From Deltaproteobacteria bacterium (GTDB lineage Bacteria > Bdellovibrionota > JACOXK01): a DNA stretch of 32,000 bases. The first letter of the stretch is position 1, and each line of letters begins with the position of its first letter. The notes under the pieces were generated by a model, which was not told where the DNA came from, did no database searches, and saw nothing but the letters and a program-made list of their open reading frames with translations. Both the position numbers and the translations under genes were made by a program. Below, piece by piece: positions 24,799 to 32,000 of the stretch. The DNA lies in the NCBI GenBank assembly GCA_016182335.1, contig JACOXK010000134.1:350-32349 (forward strand), in the 5' to 3' direction.

Positions 24799-26628
24799 AT
24801 GAGATTCTTAAGACTTAAATATTTTTTTATTGGAAAGCCCATTGCCACCGATAGAGCTGCTCATGAGCTTATTCCAAAGTGGAAAGCCTTGGCAGTCCTC
24901 TCCTCTGATGCTTTATCGTCTGTTGCTTACGGAACAGAAGAGGTGCTTATCCCACTAGCTGCATTTGCAGCTACAGCTGTCGCTTGGTCCATGCCCATAG
25001 CGCTTGCGATTGCAGCCCTTCTCACTATTCTTGCCTTATCTTATCGGCAGACAATTCACGCCTATCCACACGGAGGTGGTGCCTATACGGTCGCAAAGGA
25101 AAATTTAGGCCTGAATGCAGGACTTGTAGCAGGAGCTGCTCTTTTGATTGACTACGTTCTGACTGTTGCAGTTTCAGTAGCCGCTGGCATTGAAAACATT
25201 GCTTCAGCATTCCCATTTATCGCTCATCATAAAGTTGCTTTTGGGTGCATCGTTGTCCTCTTATTAATGGTTACCAATTTAAGAGGGGTTCGTGAGTCCT
25301 CTAATGTTTTTGCTTTTCCAACCTATTTCTTCATCTTATCCTTCATAATTATGTTTGTTGTCGGAGCATGGCAAATGGTCACAGGGTCAGCATCACCAGT
25401 AGCTCCCATACTTCACGAAGCCTATCCTGCCATTCCATTATTCTTGCTGCTCAGATCCTTTGCGTCCGGATGTGTGGCCGTCACTGGAACCGAAGCTATT
25501 TCAAATGGTGTGCCTATTTTTAAAATACCCTCTGCTCAAAATGCCAGAACCACCCTCACATGGATGGCCTTCATACTTGGGTCCTTTTTCTTAGGTGTTA
25601 CATTATTAAGCCATGTCTATGGCATTTATCCTCAAGAAGGAGAAACCGTTGTTGCAGCCCTCTCACGTGCCATTTTTGGTTCTTCTGTATTTTATTATTT
25701 TATTCCAGTCTCAACGGCTCTCATATTACTCTTAGCGGCAAACACAAGTTATGCCGATTTCCCTAGGCTGTGTTCTTTAATTGGTGATGATCGCTACCTT
25801 CCCAGACAATTTAAAAACCGTGGTGACAGACTTGTTTTTTCAAACGGAATATTTGGCTTAAGTGCTGCAGCCGTCTTTCTTATCATTCTTTTTAAAGGAC
25901 GAACTCACCATTTAATTCCCCTGTATGCAGTCGGGGTCTTTATATCTTTCACCCTATCGCAATTGGGCATGGTGCGATATCATTTCAAACACCGTAGAAA
26001 AAAATGGTTGATTTCCTCTCTTTTTAATGGCTTGGGTGCACTAACGACGTTTGTTGTTCTCCTTGTTGTTGCCGTCACAAAATTTATCTTTGGCGCCTGG
26101 ATAGTCCTTCTCGTTCTGCCGTGCATGGTGGTTGTATTTCGCCGAATTCACCATCATTATCTTGCTGTTGGAGCAGAACTCTCATTAATAGGTAAAAACC
26201 CTCCACCAAGGTTGGAACCTTTCAATCACGCTGTCGTCATCCCCATTTCTGGGATTCATTGCGGTGTTCTTGAGGCATTAAGATATGCCCTGTCTCTTTC
26301 TCATAATGTTCGCGCCTGTTATATAGAATTTGATCCGGAGGCCACAAAGCGCCTCCTTCCACAGTGGGAGCAATGGGCTGCACAAATTCCATTGGAGATC
26401 ATTAGATCACCCTTTCGCTCTATTGTAAGACCGCTTCTTCGATACATAAACCAGGTCGATCATGAAACTCAATGCGATATGATAACTCTTATTATTCCAG
26501 AATTTATCACGAAAAAATGGTACCACCAATTTCTTCACAACCAAACAGCCTTTTTTATACGAGCTGCTCTTATTTTTAAACCAAAAATCGTCGTCACAAG
26601 TGTTAGATATCATCTTCAAAACACATAG
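24799..26628 (+). CDS. kimA: APC-superfamily K+/H+ symporter of the KimA (YdaO) type, with a C-terminal cytoplasmic domain
   Basis: From my memory of B. subtilis KimA, these blocks match along the full length: FIGKP, LSSDALSSVAYGTEE, LSYRQTIHAYPHGGGAYTV, LIPLYAVGVFISFTLSQ, EFITKKWYHQFLHNQTAFF. The 609-aa length is similar. Confidence 0.8.
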   Translation: MRFLRLKYFFIGKPIATDRAAHELIPKWKALAVLSSDALSSVAYGTEEVLIPLAAFAATAVAWSMPIALAIAALLTILALSYRQTIHAYPHGGGAYTVAKENLGLNAGLVAGAALLIDYVLTVAVSVAAGIENIASAFPFIAHHKVAFGCIVVLLLMVTNLRGVRESSNVFAFPTYFFILSFIIMFVVGAWQMVTGSASPVAPILHEAYPAIPLFLLLRSFASGCVAVTGTEAISNGVPIFKIPSAQNARTTLTWMAFILGSFFLGVTLLSHVYGIYPQEGETVVAALSRAIFGSSVFYYFIPVSTALILLLAANTSYADFPRLCSLIGDDRYLPRQFKNRGDRLVFSNGIFGLSAAAVFLIILFKGRTHHLIPLYAVGVFISFTLSQLGMVRYHFKHRRKKWLISSLFNGLGALTTFVVLLVVAVTKFIFGAWIVLLVLPCMVVVFRRIHHHYLAVGAELSLIGKNPPPRLEPFNHAVVIPISGIHCGVLEALRYALSLSHNVRACYIEFDPEATKRLLPQWEQWAAQIPLEIIRSPFRSIVRPLLRYINQVDHETQCDMITLIIPEFITKKWYHQFLHNQTAFFIRAALIFKPKIVVTSVRYHLQNT

Positions 26629-26629
26629 T

Positions 26630-27664
26630 TTATATGAGTCCTAGTTGTGGGGATTTTTGAGTAGATAGAGGTTTAATTTTAAAATATTCATAGGCCAAAG
26701 TGCTTGCCATGCGTCCACGTGAAGTTCTATTAAGATATCCTTCTTGAATTAAATACGGCTCATAAACATCTTCAAGAGTTCCCTTTTCTTCGTGAAGAGC
26801 TGAAGCCATAGTTTCGATACCTACAGGGCCGCCATTGAATTTTTCAATAATAGTAAGTAATATTTTTCTATCCATAGCATCAAAGCCCATTTCATCAACG
26901 TCCAACATATTGAGTGAATCCTTTGCAACATTTTTGGTAATGACACCCTGGGCACGGACTTGAGCAAAATCACGAACACGTTTTAAAAGTCCGTTGGCAA
27001 TACGGGGAGTACCTCGAGATCGTCTGGCAATTTCTAAAGCACCATCTTCTTCAACGGGAATATTTAATATTTTTGAGCTTCGAGTAATAATTTTATAAAG
27101 TTCCTCAGCCTTGTAGTAGTTGAGTCTGGCAATAAACCCAAACCTATCCCTTAAGGGTGATGTGAGTAATCCTGTACGAGTGGTAGCTCCCACGAGTGTA
27201 AATCTTGGCAAATCCAATTTAAGTGTTCGAGCGCTGGGACCTTGTCCAATAATCAGGTCTAATTTAAAATCTTCCATAGCAGGATAAAGAACTTCCTCCA
27301 CAGAAGCATGTAGCCTATGAATTTCATCGATAAAAAGGACTTCTCCTTCTTTTAAGTTGGTAAGAATGGCGGCCAAGTCTCCGGTCTTTTCCAGAATAGG
27401 ACCAGAAGTTGAGACTAAATTCACACCAAGCTCTTTGGCAATGATGATAGCAAGAGAAGTTTTTCCAAGCCCAGGGGGGCCAGAAAAGAGACAGTGGTCT
27501 AAGGGTTCTTTTCTTTTTTTGGTAGCTTCAATAAAAACTTTTAAATTATCAATAACATTTGATTGACCAACGTATTCATCAAATCGCGTCGGGCGCAAAG
27601 AAACATCAAAATTTGTTTCCTCTGCCATTAAAAGAGAGGGATTCACAACTCGATCGTTACTCAT
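26630..27664 (-). CDS. ruvB: Holliday junction helicase RuvB
   Basis: [12 protein letters not shown], Walker [10 protein letters not shown], Walker B FIDEIHRL, and [15 protein letters not shown]. Confidence 0.95.
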   Translation of the reverse strand: MSNDRVVNPSLLMAEETNFDVSLRPTRFDEYVGQSNVIDNLKVFIEATKKRKEPLDHCLFSGPPGLGKTSLAIIIAKELGVNLVSTSGPILEKTGDLAAILTNLKEGEVLFIDEIHRLHASVEEVLYPAMEDFKLDLIIGQGPSARTLKLDLPRFTLVGATTRTGLLTSPLRDRFGFIARLNYYKAEELYKIITRSSKILNIPVEEDGALEIARRSRGTPRIANGLLKRVRDFAQVRAQGVITKNVAKDSLNMLDVDEMGFDAMDRKILLTIIEKFNGGPVGIETMASALHEEKGTLEDVYEPYLIQEGYLNRTSRGRMASTLAYEYFKIKPLSTQKSPQLGLI

Positions 27665-28236
27665 CGCAGCGCTATCTGCCTTAATACGTTCTTAACTAAT
27701 ACCTCAACACCAAGATCATTCGTACTCATCTTATTAATAATCTTTCTTACATCTTCTTCTCTATATCCTAAATTGACCAAAGCACTCACCGCATCCTCAC
27801 AGTGGGAGTTCGCGCCAGAAGTGGAGCTTACAAACTTTTCAATCTTGCCTTTTAATTCAAGAAGAATCTTTTCTGCCTTTTTCTTACCAATACCTGGAAT
27901 GGAAGAAAGAGCTTGAATATTTCCCTGAAGAAGAACTGTTTTTAATTTCTCAAAAGGCATGCCAGATAAAATAGTTATCGCTAACTTTGGGCCTATTCCA
28001 TTGACTGAGATAAGAGTTTTAAATAAATCCTTCTCTTCAGAACCTAAAAAACCGTACAGTTCTAAGGCGTTTTCCCGAATATGTGTGTAGATAAATAACT
28101 TACATAAGGACTGAGAGTTTCCAAGTTTTTCACAAGTTTGCAATGAAATCTTTACTTCGTACCCTACCCCATTAACATCCAAAAGAAGACGATCAAGTTT
28201 AGTTTCTAAAATTTTTCCCGATAAATAACCAATCAT
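27661..28236 (-). CDS. ruvA: Holliday junction DNA-binding protein RuvA
   Basis: MIGYLSGK N-terminus, two HhH motifs ([21 protein letters not shown]), and an overlap with ruvB. Confidence 0.9.
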   Translation of the reverse strand: MIGYLSGKILETKLDRLLLDVNGVGYEVKISLQTCEKLGNSQSLCKLFIYTHIRENALELYGFLGSEEKDLFKTLISVNGIGPKLAITILSGMPFEKLKTVLLQGNIQALSSIPGIGKKKAEKILLELKGKIEKFVSSTSGANSHCEDAVSALVNLGYREEDVRKIINKMSTNDLGVEVLVKNVLRQIALR

Positions 28237-28287
28237 AAATTCAGTTTTAAGTTATAAGTTTTAATTGGCATTTAATCTATAACTCTT

Positions 28288-28782
28288 CTAACATGCCCTA
28301 TCAATTCTCTCCTTAAATTTATATGTTTGAGCATGACACATTGCAATGGCCAACGCATCTGCAGCATCTTCAAAAGGAGGGTTGCTTAGTTTTAAAATCA
28401 CCTGAATCATTCTTTGCACTTGTTCTTTCGGAGCGTTTCCTATACCGACTGCAGCCTGTTTTACTTCTAAAGGAGTGTATTCGTAAATTGCAACCCCCTT
28501 ATGAATCGCTGCAAGAAGAGATACCGATCGAGCTTCTCCTAATTTCAGCATGGATTGGGCATTTTTGGAATAAAAAACTTTTTCTATAGCACAATGCTGC
28601 GGTTGAAATTCGAGAATTACGTGCGATATCTTTTCGTATAAACAGGAAAGTTTGTCTGCAAGTTGCTTGAATTCCTTAAGATGAATAACTCCGTGACTCA
28701 TGTGTTGTGAAACATGCCCCTCAACGTCGATAAGACCATAGCCTGTTTTGAGGGATCCTGGGTCTATTCCTAATATTACCAT
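28288..28782 (-). CDS. ruvC: Holliday junction resolvase RuvC
   Basis: ILGIDPGS catalytic N-terminus and a C-terminal DAADALAIA motif. Start placed at ATG 28782 (MVILGIDPGS); the GTG at 28788 is also possible. Confidence 0.9.
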   Translation of the reverse strand: MVILGIDPGSLKTGYGLIDVEGHVSQHMSHGVIHLKEFKQLADKLSCLYEKISHVILEFQPQHCAIEKVFYSKNAQSMLKLGEARSVSLLAAIHKGVAIYEYTPLEVKQAAVGIGNAPKEQVQRMIQVILKLSNPPFEDAADALAIAMCHAQTYKFKERIDRAC

Positions 28783-28791
28783 CAACACGTC

Positions 28792-28841
28792 ATTGCGAGT
28801 TCTACGAAGCTCACGGAGTGAGTGAAGTAGAACGTGGCAAT
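28792..28841. repeat. 50-bp extended hairpin element, preceded by CGTC, filling the yebC-ruvC gap
   Basis: Three helices: ATTGC/GCAAT, TTCTAC/GTAGAA and CTCAC/GTGAG, with a GGA loop, giving 16 Watson-Crick pairs. It begins on the base after the yebC stop and ends 9 nt before the ruvC ATG. Confidence 0.6.
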
Positions 28842-29594
28842 CTATTCCGTCGCTATCTTTTCCATTTCACTTTCATCAATATCAAAATTGGAATAAACCT
28901 TCTGCACATCGTCACAATCTTCAAGGCTTTCCATAAGACGAAGCATTTGCTCAGCTTCCTTTCCTGCTAACTTCACGGTGTTCTTAGGTACCATTGAAAC
29001 TTCTGTTAAATCCCATTGAATTTTGTTTTTCTCAAGCGCCTCTTTAGTGGTTTCAAATGCGCAAGGGTCTGTGCGAATTTCAAACGCATCTTTTTCGTCA
29101 CTAATATCTTCAGCACCTGCTTCCAAAGCAATTTCCATCAACTGGTCTTCTTTCGCTTTAGTTTTATTTACAACAATAACTCCCTTTTTCTCGAACATCC
29201 AAGCAACACTTCCATTGGCTCCCAAATTTCCATTATTTTTCGTCAGAATAGATCTAATTTCAGCTACCGTCCGATTTTTATTGTCGGTCAAACTTTCTAT
29301 AAAAAGGGCTGTTCCACCCGGACCATATCCTTCATAAGTTACTTCTTCGTAAGTAGCTCCCTCTATTTCTCCAGTACCCTTTTTAACGGCTCGATCAATA
29401 TTAGCAAAAGGCATGTTATTCTCTCGAGCAGTTTGAACAGCTGAGCGCAAACGCGGATTAGCCTCCACATTACCGCCACCCACTCGAGCAGCAACAGTGA
29501 TTTCTTTGATCAGTTTTGTAAAAATTTTGCCACGCTTGGCATCAAGCGCCCCTTTCTTTCGTTTAATCGTACTCCACTTACTATGTCCTGACAT
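28842..29594 (-). CDS. yebC: YebC/PmpR-family DNA-binding regulator
   Basis: [28 protein letters not shown] is the hallmark N-terminus of the family. Conserved synteny with ruvCAB. Confidence 0.92.
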   Translation of the reverse strand: MSGHSKWSTIKRKKGALDAKRGKIFTKLIKEITVAARVGGGNVEANPRLRSAVQTARENNMPFANIDRAVKKGTGEIEGATYEEVTYEGYGPGGTALFIESLTDNKNRTVAEIRSILTKNNGNLGANGSVAWMFEKKGVIVVNKTKAKEDQLMEIALEAGAEDISDEKDAFEIRTDPCAFETTKEALEKNKIQWDLTEVSMVPKNTVKLAGKEAEQMLRLMESLEDCDDVQKVYSNFDIDESEMEKIATE

Positions 29595-29745
29595 AAAAAC
29601 TCCTTTAACATTCTCTCAATCACGTTGAGGGATCCATACTTGTTTCTAATAAAACATTTATTGCAAGGCAAGAGAACAAAATTCAATGCTAAGAGAGATG
29701 TCTCTTTAGACATATTTAATAAGGGCAATTACGCAATGTAAAAAC

Positions 29746-29775
29746 TTGACCAGGGAATTCATACCCACCTATAGT
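29746..29775 (+). promoter_or_regulatory. Sigma70-type promoter, TTGACC-18 nt-TATAGT
   Basis: Read directly. AAGGA SD at 29778-29782, ATG at 29787. Confidence 0.45.
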
Positions 29776-29786
29776 ACAAGGATCCT

Positions 29787-31328
29787 ATGTTTATATCAGC
29801 TCTTCTTTTTTCTGCCATAGTGAGTTCGGTTCATGTTGGTCCTTATCTTCAGTCTGTTACGAAAAATTCTTCTTGGGTGAAGTGGGAAACAACCCAACCA
29901 CTGCCCAGCATCGTGTACTACGGAAATTCCCTCTCTCTTAAAAATAGTGCTATTGGAGTGAGAAGAAAGGGGAAAACAGTAGATGGAACAACAAAGACAT
30001 GGGTTCACGAAGTAGAGCTACAGAATCTTGCTCCTGCATCTTATTACTTTTACAGTCTTGAGAAAAAACCAGCAACTGAAAACATCTTTCGCTTTCGAAC
30101 ACCACCTCAAAATTCGCAACTTCCCTCATTTAGCTTTTTGGTTTACGCTGATATTCAAGCGAAACCTGACAAAATTCACACAGCTATTTCTAATGAAGTC
30201 ACTGAAATCATGAAAGAAGAGTATGGTGGTACTCCCGAAGAACAACTTGCCTTTGCCCTCATCGCTGGTGATCTCGTAAATAACGGAAATAATTATGACG
30301 AGTTTAAAAAGATTTTTTTCGATCCTATACGTTCTTTAGCTGGACACTTTCCTTTTTATCCAGCGATTGGAAATCATGAGAAAAATAATTCCATTTATTT
30401 TCAATACTTTCACCTTCCAGAAAATGGTACTCCTGGATTTATAGAACACTGGTATTCGTTTGAATATGCTAACACTCACATCATAAGCTTAGACACAAAT
30501 AAGGCCTATCGTATTGATGAACAACTCCAGTGGTTAGATTATGACCTCACGAAGGCCTGTCTTCGTCCCTATGTTGATTTCATCTTTCTTGTCTTTCATC
30601 ATCCCTATATTTCTGAGTTAAATATTGATGACGAAGTCCCATTTTCTGGAAAGATCACCCACAAAGTAGAAGCCAAGCTTCAGGAGTGTGGAAAGGCGGG
30701 AGCTCTTTTTTATGGTCACACGCATGCTTATGCCAGAGGGCAATCCAAGGATGTTCCTCTGTATTGGGTAAGCGCTGCTTCAGGCGGTGGAGCCATCGAT
30801 TATTGGGGACGAGACAAAACCCGAGATTACAAAAATATTCAGAAGTCCTTTGATGAGTACGGCTATCTCATCATTGATGTCACAACTGGCCAAGATGCTG
30901 GCTTTCGCGGTCGCAGATTCTCGCTTGGTGACGATTTTATAACAAAGAAAAGAAATGTTCAGGATTTATTTTATTATAGAAAAAATAACGAACCACCAGA
31001 TTCGCCTACGCTCCTACAAAGCCGCACGTCACCCCTGCTGGCAACAGCTTATCATGATAGTGATGGAGACCTTCACCTGGAAACAGATTGGCAACTCTGG
31101 TCACCGCAGGGACCAATGAAAACTTTCTGGTTTCGTTATGAGAATTGGTACAACCCCTTTGATGGAAATAACAGAGATTGGAAGCAAGGCCCACTAAGAG
31201 ACATTGATACGAACGCAGGATACGATCTTACAACGCTCAAAGTACCTTCCAATTATATCGGCCGTGGTCTCTTCTGGCATGTTCGTTATCGAGATGCTGG
31301 TCTTATCTGGAGCGATTGGTCTGAGTAG
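29787..31328 (+). CDS. Secreted calcineurin-like metallophosphoesterase (purple-acid-phosphatase-like) with a Trp-rich C-terminal extension
   Basis: Signal peptide MFISALLFSAIVSSVHVG and an N-terminal FN3-like segment. Metallophosphoesterase motifs YAD, GDLVNNG, GNHE, FHHP and GHTHAY. Confidence 0.8.
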   Translation: MFISALLFSAIVSSVHVGPYLQSVTKNSSWVKWETTQPLPSIVYYGNSLSLKNSAIGVRRKGKTVDGTTKTWVHEVELQNLAPASYYFYSLEKKPATENIFRFRTPPQNSQLPSFSFLVYADIQAKPDKIHTAISNEVTEIMKEEYGGTPEEQLAFALIAGDLVNNGNNYDEFKKIFFDPIRSLAGHFPFYPAIGNHEKNNSIYFQYFHLPENGTPGFIEHWYSFEYANTHIISLDTNKAYRIDEQLQWLDYDLTKACLRPYVDFIFLVFHHPYISELNIDDEVPFSGKITHKVEAKLQECGKAGALFYGHTHAYARGQSKDVPLYWVSAASGGGAIDYWGRDKTRDYKNIQKSFDEYGYLIIDVTTGQDAGFRGRRFSLGDDFITKKRNVQDLFYYRKNNEPPDSPTLLQSRTSPLLATAYHDSDGDLHLETDWQLWSPQGPMKTFWFRYENWYNPFDGNNRDWKQGPLRDIDTNAGYDLTTLKVPSNYIGRGLFWHVRYRDAGLIWSDWSE

Positions 31329-31375
31329 GCTATTGAATAGATCTTACAAACCACCCAACTTCCGCTTTCAGTCCA

Positions 31376-31723
31376 TCATCCCCGTCTTCTTTCTTTACGC
31401 CCAAAGCCTATTTGAATATGAAGATGTTGCACTGGGTCATCCATTCTGAGCACAGAAGCAGCATTCAAAAGTTCAGAACTCACCCTTTCTTCTTGTAATG
31501 CTTTTATGGCTTTATCTTCTTCATCTTCAAGAAATTCACCAAGATTATTGATACGAAAAAAAATGATCAAGCTGTTATGTATTCCACAAAGTTGTGCCAT
31601 GGCATTGGAAATAGTGTCTTTCCGCTGATCAGGACTTTTCTGCAAATAGGAAATGCTAGTCTGTAGATTTTGAAACATATCAAGAAGTGATCCCCCAAGC
31701 GCCTGCAAATTGTGTAGTGCCAT
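31376..31723 (-). CDS. Hypothetical protein, possibly the 3' half of a split gene
   Basis: 115-aa ORF with no SD. Its first 44 nt overlap the upstream ORF in another frame. Confidence 0.4.
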   Translation of the reverse strand: MALHNLQALGGSLLDMFQNLQTSISYLQKSPDQRKDTISNAMAQLCGIHNSLIIFFRINNLGEFLEDEEDKAIKALQEERVSSELLNAASVLRMDDPVQHLHIQIGFGRKERRRG

Positions 31724-32000
31724 AAGGAAGCGTAATCCACGTTATGCCATCTTCATCCGTCATTTCTGGAAAGTATCCTTGCAATTTATCAATGATAAAT
31801 TCTCTAATTTTAGCGATAGCCTCTTCCAGCTTCCTTTTGATTTGTGCAATATCCCCAGAATCACCCATGCCCACAGTTAAGTTTCCACTAGGAAAATTAG
31901 AATTTTGAATAGCCAAGGGATTATGAAAAGGGGAAGATGAAAAGTCTGTTTTTAAAGGTTCTGAAAGAATTCTAAATTTTTTTGGGTTGGCTTTTGCTAA
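31680..32000 (-). CDS. Hypothetical protein, 5'-truncated by the window edge
   Basis: The track lists 31680-31916 from a TTG, but I read the same frame as open (no stop) up to position 32000, so the gene most likely starts outside the window. Confidence 0.45.
   Translation of the reverse strand, partial: LAKANPKKFRILSEPLKTDFSSSPFHNPLAIQNSNFPSGNLTVGMGDSGDIAQIKRKLEEAIAKIREFIIDKLQGYFPEMTDEDGITWITLPYGTTQFAGAWGITS

Noticed and set aside
1-32000. CRISPR arrays, rRNA/tRNA genes, IS elements and prophage genes.
   Set aside because: I saw no regularly spaced repeats, no conserved RNA gene motifs and no transposase- or integrase-like ORFs on either strand.

Overview
A densely coding bacterial chromosomal segment of about 30 genes, AT-rich overall. 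The gene content fits a flagellated, respiring Gram-negative; my guess is a Bdellovibrionota/Oligoflexia-like lineage, but that is inference only. In order, the window holds: an AAA+ ATPase (DUF4143 type) behind a tandem operator-like repeat; a complete alternative complex III operon (actABCDEF); an HD-GYP phosphodiesterase; fliA; two tiny overlapping ORFs followed by mlaEFD; a secreted beta-sandwich orphan; a membrane-anchored AlkP-superfamily phosphodiesterase fused to TPR repeats, cut by one in-frame TAA; cysDN; a second AlkP-family paralog; an orphan sigma54-dependent response regulator; der; rnc; a KimA-like K+ transporter; yebC-ruvC-ruvA-ruvB; a secreted metallophosphoesterase; and two overlapping hypothetical ORFs that run off the right edge. 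I found no rRNA, tRNA, CRISPR array, transposase, integrase or phage gene. Most of the window is housekeeping, and I do not see a clear-cut novel multi-gene system. The observations most worth a second look are: (1) several GC-rich hairpin or palindromic elements in the few sizeable intergenic gaps, including a three-hairpin array between fliA and the HD-GYP gene and a 123-bp long-stem element between der and the sigma54 activator; (2) a GC-rich, quasi-palindromic stretch translated as an Arg-rich N-terminal extension of ActE; (3) cysDN bracketed by two paralogous periplasmic phosphodiesterases; (4) two likely split genes, one by an in-frame TAA and one at a G5 run; (5) several promoters placed so close to SD-less start codons that the mRNAs may be leaderless. 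All homology calls come from motifs read by eye. No database search was run.
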